This document shows, one piece after another, positions 7,942 to 17,359 of a stretch of DNA of 37,946 nt (position 1 is its first letter; each line of letters starts with the position of its first letter). A program made the position numbers and the translations under genes. The notes under the pieces are model-generated. The model was not told the DNA's origin, searched no databases, and was given only the letters and a program-made list of their open reading frames with translations. This DNA is from a virus (Duplodnaviria > Heunggongvirae > Uroviricota > Caudoviricetes): the IMG/VR virus record IMGVR_UViG_3300025670_000002, one strand, 5' to 3'.

Positions 7942-8195
7942 TGAGATTGACGAAAAAGCAGGTAAATATTTTGTCGGTAATAAAAAAGGGAAATGCAGAT
8001 GGATCATTTCCCGATCTCGATCAAATTCTCGACAGATTGAATTACGAAACGACAAAGGACTCAATTCAATTCTCTATTAGAAAATTGGTAAATAGAGAAT
8101 TGATAGAGAAAAAGGATAGGCAAAAAAGAAGAGGTCATTTCCGATGTGTCATATCGCTAACGAAAAAAGGGTATGAAATTATGAAACAGAGTTGA
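7941..8195 (+). CDS. Winged helix-turn-helix DNA-binding protein
   Basis: LTKKQVNIL...SIQFSIRKLVNRELIEK...VISLTKKG, a MarR-like wHTH pattern. Confidence 0.7.
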   Translation: MRLTKKQVNILSVIKKGNADGSFPDLDQILDRLNYETTKDSIQFSIRKLVNRELIEKKDRQKRRGHFRCVISLTKKGYEIMKQS

Positions 8196-8253
8196 TGGCC
8201 GACATTCTTGTTTTATGGTGAAAATAACATGGGTATTTTATTTTATTGTTTTA

Positions 8254-8514
8254 AATCAGTAGGTTAGATTTTTTACGTCAATTGAAAATCCGTCATATTT
8301 TCCCTTTAGAATCAACAAGTTAAGTCAAAAAGAGGGATAACCCGTTGATTTTAAACGAAGTTTTGCGGCCATCTTTTCTCTTACTACTGTTTATATAACC
8401 CCTTTAAAAACCTAATAATAATAATATAAGTAATGAGTGGAAAGAGAAAAGATGGCCGTTTTTTATTGTTATAAATCAAGGGGTTATCCCATTATTTTAG
8501 TTAAGTTGTTGATT
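8254..8514. promoter_or_regulatory. Cluster of five IHF-consensus boxes (WATCAANNNNTTR)
   Basis: Exact matches at 8310-8322(+), 8338-8350(-), 8474-8486(+) and 8502-8514(-); one-mismatch copy at 8254-8266(+). Confidence 0.7.
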
Positions 8515-8526
8515 CCAAAGGGAAAA
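8298..8526. repeat. Long imperfect inverted repeat (85-bp arms, 59-bp AT-rich spacer)
   Basis: 8298-8382 aligns without gaps to the reverse complement of 8442-8526, 67/85 identical by hand count, including exact CGGCCATCTTTTCTCTT and GGGATAACCC blocks. Confidence 0.9.
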
Positions 8527-8605
8527 TTTACGACAAAATAGGCAAAATTAACACATCGGAGACATTGTGTTTGCAAACTTACGGAAATAGCTGTTTGTTT
8601 CTTAT

Positions 8606-8623
8606 TAAGTCATCGGTGACTTA
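8606..8623 (+). promoter_or_regulatory. 18-bp palindromic operator-like site, copy 3
   Basis: TAAGTCA-TCGG-TGACTTA upstream of terS. Confidence 0.8.
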
Positions 8624-8761
8624 GCTTGTGATGTTTTAGCGGGTCTTATGTGCTTCGTAAGCTTCAAATAAGAAAATAAGTAGTCAGTTATCGGGTTGAG
8701 TTTTTTTGAAGCGTGAAGACGCTCTGGTTTAGTTTAAATAATATGAATTTAGGATTGAAAA

Positions 8762-9388
8762 GTGACGGAAGAAAAAATTAAGAAACCGAGAAAAAAGAGA
8801 AAGCCGACGAGAAAGCTACAGCCATTTGAATGGGCGGCTATCGTTGCTCAGTATGAGACGGGTAGATATACACAAAAACAATTGGCGGAAATGAATGACA
8901 TAAAGCCAGAAACCGTAAATCGGCATTTCAAATCAATAGGCGGGGTGAATAGAGAAAGGCACGCTCAGGAACTTGAAATGAAAATCAAGGAGGAGGTTGA
9001 GGATCGAATGCTGGTTGAGATTGATAAAACAGCGAAGAGATTTCTCGATGCTCAGGAGCAAAGCTTCACCCTGATAGACGGTGCTGAGAAAATGGCAGCG
9101 GTCGTCATGAGACGAATGGCGAAGAATGGAGTAAAGGCAACTCAGGAGGACAAGGACGCTGTTAAGACGATTGCCGATCTAACGTCGATAATTACAAATG
9201 TTCTTACGCACAAGCACTTTGTTCTTGGTGCGAGAGACGGCAAGCTTGAGTCAGAAGACAATCTGCCTGATCTGCAAATTGTGAAGATGACTGAGCAGAA
9301 CATCAAGGATGTTATGGATTCAGCTGAGGACGATGGATTTGGCGAAAGCGATGTTTCCGCGCTTGAAGAAAGTGAGTTAGAGGGTTGA
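8762..9388 (+). CDS. terS: Terminase small subunit
   Basis: N-terminal HTH (WAAIVAQYETG...TQKQLAEMNDIKPETVNRH), helical body, and overlap with the terL start. Confidence 0.75.
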   Translation: MTEEKIKKPRKKRKPTRKLQPFEWAAIVAQYETGRYTQKQLAEMNDIKPETVNRHFKSIGGVNRERHAQELEMKIKEEVEDRMLVEIDKTAKRFLDAQEQSFTLIDGAEKMAAVVMRRMAKNGVKATQEDKDAVKTIADLTSIITNVLTHKHFVLGARDGKLESEDNLPDLQIVKMTEQNIKDVMDSAEDDGFGESDVSALEESELEG

Positions 9389-10617
9389 GTGGCATTATGC
9401 TCCACCCAGGCCAACATGAGGTGTTCGCTTACAAGAGCAGATTCAAGGTTGTTGTTGCGGGCAGACGTTGGGGGAAAACTCAGTTATCAAAAGCGGCTCT
9501 GGTAAATGCGGGGTCTGTAAAAAATAGGTTGATCTGGTATGTCGCACCGACGTATCGAATGGCAAAGCAGATCATGTGGCGGGAGCTTCAAGATGCCATT
9601 CCAAGCCGTTGGATTAGAAGAAAGAACGAAACCACCATGACAATTGAGTTAATCAACAATTCAATAATTGAGCTCAAAGGTGCAGATAAGCCCGATACTC
9701 TTCGGGGTGTCGGGCTTCACTATGTCGTTATGGATGAGTTTCAGGATATGAAACCTGAAACTTGGACTAAGGTTCTTAGACCAACACTGGCGACAACGGG
9801 CGGTCACGCGCTATTTATTGGCACGCCAAAAGCATTTAATCATTTATATGATGCTTGGATTTTGGGTCAGGACGGGGTTAAGAAGTCTGGTCAGTGGAAG
9901 TCATGGCAATACCCAACGATCATGTCTCCATTTGTTCCTGAGTCAGAGATTGAAAGTGCAAAGCGAGATATGGATGAGAAGTCATTCAAGCAAGAATTTT
10001 TAGCAAGCTTTGAAACAATGTCGGGTCGAGTTTATTACCCATTCGACAGAAAAGTTCATACTGGGGATTACAAGTTCAATCCAAAATTGCCGATATACAT
10101 TGGGCAGGATTTTAATATCGACCCAATGAGTTCGGTAATATTTCAAATTCAAGATAGCGGGGAGGTGTGGGTTGTTGATGAAATTATCTTATTCGGGTCA
10201 AATACGGAGGAAACGTGTGAAGAAATAGAAAAGCGTTATTGGCGACACATGAAGCAAATAACAATCTACCCCGATCCAGCGGGGAAAGCTCGCCAACATG
10301 CGCGTGGTGAAACTGATTTGGATATTTTTAGAGAGAAGGGCTTGAATAGGCTCAAATTTCACAGAAAGCATCCAGCAATTGCAGACAGGGTGAACTCCGT
10401 AAACAGAATGCTGAGATCAGCCGACGGGCAAGTAAGGCTGCGCGTTGATAATAAATGCAGGCAAACGATTGAATCGTTTGAGCAAACGATTTACAAAGAA
10501 GGGTCTAGGGAAATCAACAAGGCAATGAGTGTTGAGCATGCCACTGATGCGGCTGGATACTTCCTTGAATTTGAATTTCCTGTTAGAAAACTTGAGGTTG
10601 CGGGGATTTCCCTTTAA
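9385..10617 (+). CDS. terL: Terminase large subunit
   Basis: Walker A AGRRWGKT, LRGVGLHYVVMDEF, IGTPK, RNase H-like nuclease GQDFNIDP and EHATDA. Confidence 0.95.
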   Translation: MSGIMLHPGQHEVFAYKSRFKVVVAGRRWGKTQLSKAALVNAGSVKNRLIWYVAPTYRMAKQIMWRELQDAIPSRWIRRKNETTMTIELINNSIIELKGADKPDTLRGVGLHYVVMDEFQDMKPETWTKVLRPTLATTGGHALFIGTPKAFNHLYDAWILGQDGVKKSGQWKSWQYPTIMSPFVPESEIESAKRDMDEKSFKQEFLASFETMSGRVYYPFDRKVHTGDYKFNPKLPIYIGQDFNIDPMSSVIFQIQDSGEVWVVDEIILFGSNTEETCEEIEKRYWRHMKQITIYPDPAGKARQHARGETDLDIFREKGLNRLKFHRKHPAIADRVNSVNRMLRSADGQVRLRVDNKCRQTIESFEQTIYKEGSREINKAMSVEHATDAAGYFLEFEFPVRKLEVAGISL

Positions 10618-10626
10618 AATAATTAG

Positions 10627-10644
10627 TAAGTCATTAGTGACTTA
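10627..10644 (+). promoter_or_regulatory. 18-bp palindromic operator-like site, copy 4
   Basis: TAAGTCA-TTAG-TGACTTA between terL and portal. Confidence 0.8.
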
Positions 10645-10665
10645 TACATAAACATTGGTGATAAT

Positions 10666-12204
10666 TTGAACGAAGAAGAACTGGGTAAGTTAATTGCCCG
10701 CAGACATCCTGAATACAACAGCAGGGTAAATCATTGGAACTTCCTTGAAGCGTGCTACGAGGGCGGAAGAGATTGGTTTAAAGATAACGTGTTTCGATAC
10801 ATCAAAGAGGGCGATACCGAATACGGAGATCGAGTGGATCGCGCATATCGGTTTAATCACACGAAAGAGGTTGTTGATTTAGTCAGTAAGTATATCTTCA
10901 AGGCGAAAATTAGTCGCAATGAAGAAGATGCGCCTGAGCAAATTTCTAAGTTCTGGACTAGAGCTACGAAGCGAAGTTCGTCAATTAAAAAGTTCATCCG
11001 AAGTATTGAAAAGGAATCGTCAATTTATGGTCGAATCTGGGTTGTTATCGACAATAACAAAGTCGGTTTGCAATCGTCCGATGAAGAGACTGATGACAAC
11101 GGAACAAAGCGTGATGATGAGTTAAATGACACGCGTGAGTATGGCTACACGGTAAAGCCACAACATGTGTTGGATATGAGCTATGGCGATGATGGCCACC
11201 TAAACTGGATTCTCATAATGGAAACCAGACGTGATGATGAAGACCCGTTCGCGGCATCAGGCGATGAGACAAAGGTTTACCGACTGTGGACTAGAGATGA
11301 TTGGTATCTGATCGAAGCAACCGACGACGGTGGAAAGATTGGTGACAGCGGATCGCATAAGCTAGGTATTGTTCCTATTTTCTCCGTGGATCACAACGAC
11401 AGTGATGAGCTTTATTCCTCTCCGTCGTTAATTGGGGATATTTCGTATCTTGATAGAGCGGTCGCAAACTACCTGTCAAATCTTGACGCAATTATTCAAG
11501 ATCAGTCATTCTCGCAACTTGCTATGCCAGCTCAGGGAATTTTGCCAGGCGAAAGTGCGTATAAAAAATTAGTGGAGATGGGGACAAAGCGAATCTTTTT
11601 GTTTGATGGTGAACATGGTGGCCAGCCGTTTTATCTGTCGCCAGACCCCAGACAAGCAGAGTTGATAATCACTGTTGTTACCAAAATCATCAATGAGATT
11701 TACCACTCAGTAGGCATGGCGGGAGAGCGAACAAAGCAGGACAACGCGGTCGGAATTGATAACTCATCTGGCGTGGCAAAGGCTTATGACTTTGAAAGAG
11801 TAAATGCATTATTGACTTCAAAGGCGGCATCTCTTCAAAGAGCTGAGGTCAAAATGATGGAGTTGGTAATGAAGTGGCACGGGGAGGATGCTGATCTCGA
11901 TTATCTGAACTCCTTGGTGACATACCCCGAGACGTTCGACATCAGAGGGCTTTCTGATGAGTTCGATATTGCAAACCAGCTTATGCTGATTTCTGCACCA
12001 ACTGAAATGAAAAAGGAGCAGATGAGAGCTCTTGTTGATAAGCTTTTTCCAAGAATAAAGAAAGAGTTGAAGGTGAAAATGATTGCTGAAATTGATGAAA
12101 TGAGTGATGAGCTTTTGATGCCCGAAAGCTCACTCATTCCTCAAGATGACGACATTAGTGAAGACAAAAACGATGATGCCGACGATTCGGCTTCTGATAA
12201 ATAA
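10666..12204 (+). CDS. Portal protein
   Basis: 512 aa directly after terL, with HKLGIVPIF, SGVAKAYDF and YPETFD portal-like segments. TTG start. Confidence 0.85.
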   Translation: MNEEELGKLIARRHPEYNSRVNHWNFLEACYEGGRDWFKDNVFRYIKEGDTEYGDRVDRAYRFNHTKEVVDLVSKYIFKAKISRNEEDAPEQISKFWTRATKRSSSIKKFIRSIEKESSIYGRIWVVIDNNKVGLQSSDEETDDNGTKRDDELNDTREYGYTVKPQHVLDMSYGDDGHLNWILIMETRRDDEDPFAASGDETKVYRLWTRDDWYLIEATDDGGKIGDSGSHKLGIVPIFSVDHNDSDELYSSPSLIGDISYLDRAVANYLSNLDAIIQDQSFSQLAMPAQGILPGESAYKKLVEMGTKRIFLFDGEHGGQPFYLSPDPRQAELIITVVTKIINEIYHSVGMAGERTKQDNAVGIDNSSGVAKAYDFERVNALLTSKAASLQRAEVKMMELVMKWHGEDADLDYLNSLVTYPETFDIRGLSDEFDIANQLMLISAPTEMKKEQMRALVDKLFPRIKKELKVKMIAEIDEMSDELLMPESSLIPQDDDISEDKNDDADDSASDK

Positions 12205-12230
12205 TTTTATAACCATAGGAAAATAGATAC

Positions 12231-13073
12231 ATGGCATTACATTTACAAAGATTGTTAGCAAGAGGTTACTGGGAACAAGCTGGCGAAGAAGGCAAGGGCA
12301 TTGGTGGTGCTGCTGATGACGCTGGGGCTGCCGACGAAAGTGATGATAACAAAAGCAAAGGCGAAGGTGTCGATGCGGATGACAAAAAAGAAGGTGAGGG
12401 CGGAACTTCCGATAGCGAAGCTAAGTTGCTAAAAGAGGTAATGAAGCGCAAAGGCGAAAACAAAGACCTCAAAGAAGAAGTTGCCAAGCTTACTGATAAT
12501 CTGTCGAAGTTCGATGGTGTCGATCTTGAATTGGTATCCCAACTAATTGCCGACAAGAAGGCGTCTGATACAAAAAAACTTGAAGATGAGGGTCAGTGGG
12601 ACGCATTGAAAACGCAAATGGCTGATGAAAACGCGAAAATTGTAACAGGTCGCGATGCGAAAATTGGCGAACTTGAGGATGCGCTAAAGGCACAGTCGGG
12701 TATCATCAGCAAGCTTACGCTGGGTCACTCGTTTGACACATCGGCATTCATTGGTGATGACTTAAATCTGTCACCAGGCAAGGCACGCATTATTTACGGC
12801 GATCACTTCGACATTGATGGTGACAAGACAGTTGCTTACGACAGACCAAAAGGTGCGCCAGGAAGAACGCCACTTGTTGACGCAAGCGGTGACAATTTGA
12901 GCTTTGATGCCGCACTTAGAAAAATTGTTGACGCTGATCCAGACAAGGCAACCATGCTAAAGAGCAAGCAAAAGCAAGGTGCTGGGTCTGGAACTAACGG
13001 TGGTAAAGCTGCTGCAAAGTCGCCAGTTAAGCTAACGGGCGTTGGCAAAATCGCAGCGGGGTTGGCGGAGTAA
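12231..13073 (+). CDS. Capsid scaffolding protein
   Basis: Low-complexity acidic N-terminus, coiled coil, and GAGSG near the C-terminus, located between portal and capsid. Confidence 0.75.
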   Translation: MALHLQRLLARGYWEQAGEEGKGIGGAADDAGAADESDDNKSKGEGVDADDKKEGEGGTSDSEAKLLKEVMKRKGENKDLKEEVAKLTDNLSKFDGVDLELVSQLIADKKASDTKKLEDEGQWDALKTQMADENAKIVTGRDAKIGELEDALKAQSGIISKLTLGHSFDTSAFIGDDLNLSPGKARIIYGDHFDIDGDKTVAYDRPKGAPGRTPLVDASGDNLSFDAALRKIVDADPDKATMLKSKQKQGAGSGTNGGKAAAKSPVKLTGVGKIAAGLAE

Positions 13074-13083
13074 CACTAACCTC

Positions 13084-13111
13084 TTGACTTTTAAGAGAAT
13101 TGGTGTATATT
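13084..13111 (+). promoter_or_regulatory. Putative sigma70 promoter for the major capsid gene
   Basis: TTGACT (13084-13089), 16 nt, TATATT (13106-13111), followed at once by palindrome copy 5. Confidence 0.5.
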
Positions 13112-13113
13112 AG

Positions 13114-13131
13114 TCAGTCATTAGTGACTTA
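13114..13131 (+). promoter_or_regulatory. 18-bp palindromic operator-like site, copy 5
   Basis: TCAGTCA-TTAG-TGACTTA. Confidence 0.75.
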
Positions 13132-13195
13132 TTAAGGCACGAGATTTAATCACCGCATAAGAAACCTTGAGGTGATTTTATTTTTCCTAACAAAG

Positions 13196-13213
13196 TAAGT
13201 CACCAGTGAGTTA
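13196..13213 (+). promoter_or_regulatory. 18-bp palindromic operator-like site, copy 6
   Basis: TAAGTCA-CCAG-TGAGTTA. Confidence 0.7.
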
Positions 13214-13279
13214 TTAGGCGTAAGAGAAATCGCTTGTAATCAAATATTTTTTATTTATTTTTTACTTGAGGATTTTGAA

Positions 13280-14185
13280 ATGGGCTTATTAAAAGCTGAA
13301 GCTGAGAAGCTATCTACCGACCAACTTGTATCTGGCGTTATTGAGGAAATCATCGATAAAGATGAAATGCTCGCACGACTTCCTTTTACGGGTATCAATG
13401 GTAAGGCTTACGTCTACAACCGCGAAAATACAATCTCCGAAGCGTCATTCATTAATCCAGTTGATGATACGGTTCCAGAGGGTGCAGCTACGTTCACCGA
13501 AATTACCAGCAAATTACGAGTCTTAATTGGCGACGTGGATGTTGATAAGTTCTTAGATACCACAATGAGTGACACAAACTCTCAACGTGCTATCCAAATT
13601 GCAGCAAAAGCGAAGGGCTTGCGTCGTAAGTTTCAACGCACACTTGCTTTAGGTGATGCAACTGCCACTCCTACTGAGTTTGATGGTTTAGCTAATTTAG
13701 TCGATGCTGGTCAAGAAATTATCGCTGGTGCAAACGGCGCAGGTTTAACTTTATCTATGTTAGATGAGTTAGTCGATGCCATTGCTAACGGTGCAGATGC
13801 GATTGTTATGCGTTCTGGAACGTTACGAGCTTACCGCGCATTGCTTCGTTCATTAGGCGGCGTTCCTGCTGATAGCGTAATGATGGGTAACTTCGGTCAA
13901 CCTATCCCAGCTCACAACGGTATGCCGATCATCGTGAATGATTTCTTACCTACTGATGAGGTTCAGGGAACTGAAACAGCATCTACTTCGATCTACGCAG
14001 TGCGTTTTAACGAAGTTGATGGCTTACACGGCATCATGGGTGGCGAAGCTGCTGGTATGCACGTTGAAGATTTAGGAACTGTTCAAAACAAAGATGCGAC
14101 TCGCACACGTTTAAAATGGTATTGCGGTTTGGCACTTAAATCAACTAAGTCTTTGGCTCGAATCAAAGGTATTACAAACATCTAA
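13280..14185 (+). CDS. Major capsid protein (HK97 fold)
   Basis: 301 aa, LPFTGINGKAYVYNRE, DVDKFL, EFDGLANL, TRTRLKWY. Strong RBS (GAGGA) and a downstream terminator. Confidence 0.9.
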   Translation: MGLLKAEAEKLSTDQLVSGVIEEIIDKDEMLARLPFTGINGKAYVYNRENTISEASFINPVDDTVPEGAATFTEITSKLRVLIGDVDVDKFLDTTMSDTNSQRAIQIAAKAKGLRRKFQRTLALGDATATPTEFDGLANLVDAGQEIIAGANGAGLTLSMLDELVDAIANGADAIVMRSGTLRAYRALLRSLGGVPADSVMMGNFGQPIPAHNGMPIIVNDFLPTDEVQGTETASTSIYAVRFNEVDGLHGIMGGEAAGMHVEDLGTVQNKDATRTRLKWYCGLALKSTKSLARIKGITNI

Positions 14186-14213
14186 TAGCCAACATGGTTA
14201 GTTAGAAATTGAG

Positions 14214-14240
14214 AAAGGGAGTCTTATGGCTCCCTTTTTT
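14214..14240 (+). terminator. Rho-independent terminator after the capsid gene
   Basis: AAAGGGAGTC-TTAT-GGCTCCCTTT followed by a T run. Confidence 0.8.
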
Positions 14241-14259
14241 GCATTTTAGAGGAAGAAAA

Positions 14260-14721
14260 ATGGCTGTAGTTAAGATTAACGAAGTGGGCTTTAATAAGTT
14301 TACTGGGGAAATTGGCGGGATTGAGTTTGTAAATGGAATTTCCGTCGAAGACTTGTCAAAGTCAGATGTTCAGCGCATGGGCGCATCAATGCGTATCGAA
14401 GAGGTCTTGCATGAGGATGAGGGTGGCGTCGTTACGGGTAATCAGTTGGGCGTTGCTGCGGATTTGGCAAAGGGCGTGGATGTTAGCGCAAAGGTTCAAA
14501 AGAAGGTAACAATTGTCGAAGAGCCGATTGTTAAAGAAGAGCTGATTGTCGATGATTCAATTGTTGATGAAGATGGCAACGAATACACAGTTAAGTCTGT
14601 TGAGGAAATTGCAGACAAAGGTGGCATCAACGCAGTAAGAGAGGTTGCTAAAAAGTTTGGCGTAAAGGGTAACTCAATTGCTGGAATTATTAAGCTAATT
14701 GCAAAAGAGATTGAGAAATAG
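14260..14721 (+). CDS. Hypothetical head-associated protein
   Basis: ATG 14260 after AGAGGAAG (the track start lies upstream of the terminator). Short helical C-terminal domain GGINAVREVAKKFGVKG. Confidence 0.65.
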   Translation: MAVVKINEVGFNKFTGEIGGIEFVNGISVEDLSKSDVQRMGASMRIEEVLHEDEGGVVTGNQLGVAADLAKGVDVSAKVQKKVTIVEEPIVKEELIVDDSIVDEDGNEYTVKSVEEIADKGGINAVREVAKKFGVKGNSIAGIIKLIAKEIEK

Positions 14722-14723
14722 GC

Positions 14724-15464
14724 ATGGATACTTACGCAAGCGGCTTTGACTCTGTTTTTAACCTATCCGTTCCAAGCACATCAACTGCCGTTATGCTAAA
14801 GCTATTCAATGGAGATCAGGTTCAAATTGGGCCCGATGTTCCCATTGACGTTGCTACGATTGTTGCCGATGTGCTTCAAGTGACGATATTGGCGACAGAC
14901 AATACGGTTGCGGCAGAGGGTGTTAGGGAGTCAAGATTGGTAAAGCTGTATGTAACCAACTCATCGGGCTCAACATCGGTAATTGACCACATTTACGCAA
15001 TTCAGCTAGATAGCCAGATTGCAATAATGACAAACTCATACCAGACGTATCAAGAGGCTGAAATGATCGCCATTGATATTCCTAATTTGGACGGGTGGCT
15101 GTCATCAAGCGAAGCACAAAAACAAGCGGCGTTAATTGAGTCGTTTCATAGAGTAGGTAAACTTACATTTGACGTGGACGGCGCGGGCATTGAGTCGATC
15201 AACACAATGAGTGTTGTTGATTTTTCCGCACTATCTGATCACTTCAAAACGTCACTAAAAAGGGCGCAGGTAATCGAAGCGGATGCAGCACTTGGAAATG
15301 ATCCAATTTCCGAAAAGCGTCAGGCTGGGCTTATGTCGGAAACAGTTGGTGAGTCGTCAAATATGTATAGACCGGGTAAGCCATTGCTAATTTCTGTATC
15401 GAGAAAGGCGCTGAATGCTTTATCTGGATATATCAAATACGGTGCGATTCTTGGAAGAGCTTGA
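14724..15464 (+). CDS. Head completion / head-tail adaptor protein
   Basis: Position after the capsid; C-terminal half (EAQKQAALIES...GLMSETVGESS) resembles adaptor proteins. Confidence 0.55.
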   Translation: MDTYASGFDSVFNLSVPSTSTAVMLKLFNGDQVQIGPDVPIDVATIVADVLQVTILATDNTVAAEGVRESRLVKLYVTNSSGSTSVIDHIYAIQLDSQIAIMTNSYQTYQEAEMIAIDIPNLDGWLSSSEAQKQAALIESFHRVGKLTFDVDGAGIESINTMSVVDFSALSDHFKTSLKRAQVIEADAALGNDPISEKRQAGLMSETVGESSNMYRPGKPLLISVSRKALNALSGYIKYGAILGRA

Positions 15465-16125
15465 TTCTTTTACGAAAGAAATAGTTGAGTCATACGAAGT
15501 GTTCTCATCCTCGTTGATGGGAATGTTTTACTTTGCAACTAGAAATCAAAACATGGCCAGTGAGCTTAGAGTTTTTTCAAAGAGCTCCGACAGCTTGCTT
15601 AATGGAACAACTAACTTTATGTGGACTAGAGTTAGGCAAATGTCAGATAAGACGTTTGGCGATGCGCTTGTTAGGTCAGGTGCGCTAGTTGCTAGAGATG
15701 CCAATGTAGATATTTTAGTTTCATCTGCCGTTGAAAATACCGTAACCGCTGTTGCAAGACAAATGCTCAAAGACATAGAGGGAATGACGCTCGATATTAA
15801 GCGTTTAATCGTGTCTGCTGAGCTGCAAAATAGATTGAGCGGGCAAACTGAACTCAGCTCATTTATCGGGGCTAAAAACAGCGTTAAGCTAACTTACGTC
15901 GATAGATCGGGAAGAAGATGGAGGTCCGACAGGTATATCAGGTCTGTAATTAGATCGCATCTGATTGGAATTAATGCAGATGCGTATGCCATCAGTGCGG
16001 CATCTTTGAAAAAAACTAGCATTATTTTGTCAAATGGTGTTGTGATTCCTCTTGAAAACTACCAAGAGTTACGGGCTATGCACCTTCACCCAAATACAAA
16101 AGTGTTTCCAAAATCAATAAAGTAA
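15415..16125 (+). CDS. Minor capsid-like protein
   Basis: YVDRSGRRWRSDRYIRSVIR resembles the phage minor capsid motif. The start is uncertain (overlap with the upstream gene). Confidence 0.5.
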   Translation: MLYLDISNTVRFLEELDSFTKEIVESYEVFSSSLMGMFYFATRNQNMASELRVFSKSSDSLLNGTTNFMWTRVRQMSDKTFGDALVRSGALVARDANVDILVSSAVENTVTAVARQMLKDIEGMTLDIKRLIVSAELQNRLSGQTELSSFIGAKNSVKLTYVDRSGRRWRSDRYIRSVIRSHLIGINADAYAISAASLKKTSIILSNGVVIPLENYQELRAMHLHPNTKVFPKSIK

Positions 16126-16140
16126 GTCATAAGTGATTTA
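16123..16140 (+). promoter_or_regulatory. 18-bp palindromic operator-like site, copy 7
   Basis: TAAGTCA-TAAG-TGATTTA, with an extended -10 TGGTATAAT at 16157-16165 downstream. Confidence 0.7.
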
Positions 16141-16172
16141 TTTTATTGGGCTTTTTTGGTATAATGCGCCTC

Positions 16173-16514
16173 ATGTTCAAAGGAAATATTGATTTAAAAA
16201 TAGAAAGGTTGTCTGGCTTCGATGCATTTGGACAACCTAGCGTATCTGGCTCAACAAATGCCAGATGCTCGATAGTTCGTTTGTATTCGGAAAGCTTGCG
16301 AACATCTGTAAGAACAGACACATCGGCAACGGGTGGTAACGCACATGAAATGATTGCCGATGCAAGACTTTTGATTGACATTAAAACGGATATTTCAGAG
16401 GGCGACAGATTGACCGTTCAAGGCCAAACATTGAGAGTTATGCAGATTTTCGCAAGAAATGATGTTCACGGAAGACCACATCATCATCAAGTGGATTGCG
16501 TGAAGTGGGCTTAA
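16173..16514 (+). CDS. Head-closure / head-tail joining protein
   Basis: About 113 aa, FDAFGQP...DISEGDRLTVQGQTLRV pattern and neck-module position. ATG 16173 preferred. Confidence 0.65.
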   Translation: MFKGNIDLKIERLSGFDAFGQPSVSGSTNARCSIVRLYSESLRTSVRTDTSATGGNAHEMIADARLLIDIKTDISEGDRLTVQGQTLRVMQIFARNDVHGRPHHHQVDCVKWA

Positions 16515-16972
16515 AGGTAAAGGGCTTGGGCTCTATTGGCTATCAGCTTGAGAACATGGCAAAGAGGGCATCTGAGGGCGCACGTTTTGCTATGAAAGAA
16601 GGCGCTGAGGACATTAGAGACTTGGCAAGGTTACATGCCCCCGTTGACGAGGGCAATCTTGAGGATGCAATCAAGATGGAGGTTGTCTCTGGGGCAAGAG
16701 GAAGGCACTCGTTCAAGGTTCATGTGGATGAAAGCCACCCAGCAGTCATTACGAATGAGGATGGCAGCCAAACATCTGGAAACAGAACGGTTGGCGACTA
16801 TGCGTTTGATATGCATGAGGGCAATTATTTATTAGGACCAGGCTCGCAGCACAAGCAAAGTCAGGTTGGCGTAAAGGTGGGTCCAAAGTATTTACAGAGA
16901 GCGTATAAAAAAATGAGCAAACAGATTCACGCAAATGTCAGACAGAACGTAAACAACAGGATTGGTAAATGA
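16496..16972 (+). CDS. HK97 gp10-like tail completion (neck) protein
   Basis: ARLHAPVDEGNLEDAI and GPKYLQRA motifs. Start TTG 16496 or GTG 16505. Confidence 0.7.
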   Translation: MREVGLKVKGLGSIGYQLENMAKRASEGARFAMKEGAEDIRDLARLHAPVDEGNLEDAIKMEVVSGARGRHSFKVHVDESHPAVITNEDGSQTSGNRTVGDYAFDMHEGNYLLGPGSQHKQSQVGVKVGPKYLQRAYKKMSKQIHANVRQNVNNRIGK

Positions 16973-17340
16973 ATATTATGCCGTTTGGAGATGCACTTGC
17001 TGCGGCACTCACTGGCGAGTCGGTGTTTGTTTATCACATGCCAAGTGGCGTAAATCGTGGCATTTTGTTACTTCACAATCTTGGTGGAGCAACGCTTGAT
17101 CCAAATCTTCCAAACTATAAGAAGGCGGGGTTTCAGGGCATTGTAAGATCGACTGACTATCAAAGCGGCTACGACTTGGCGAAACAGGTTTTGGACGCTT
17201 TGACAGTGAGTAGAGAAAACTTCGGTGGACTTTATATTCACTACATTAACCCACTGCACGACCCAGTTGCATTTCCGGTGTCAAAAGGTGACTACGTTGA
17301 ATTTTCCGTCAATTTTGAGACGGCATATACAGAAAATTAA
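16969..17340 (+). CDS. Tail terminator protein
   Basis: 123 aa directly before the tail tube, with FQGIVRSTDY and EFSVNFE. Confidence 0.65.
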   Translation: MNIMPFGDALAAALTGESVFVYHMPSGVNRGILLLHNLGGATLDPNLPNYKKAGFQGIVRSTDYQSGYDLAKQVLDALTVSRENFGGLYIHYINPLHDPVAFPVSKGDYVEFSVNFETAYTEN

Positions 17341-17359
17341 TTAATAGGAGCTATTTAAA

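Noticed and set aside
8383-8441. A specific cos cohesive-end sequence in the inverted-repeat core
   Set aside because: No recognisable cosN-like sequence is visible, and termini cannot be inferred without read data.
8675-8695. Additional palindrome copy near TAAGTAGTCAGTTA
   Set aside because: Too many mismatches to the 18-bp consensus.
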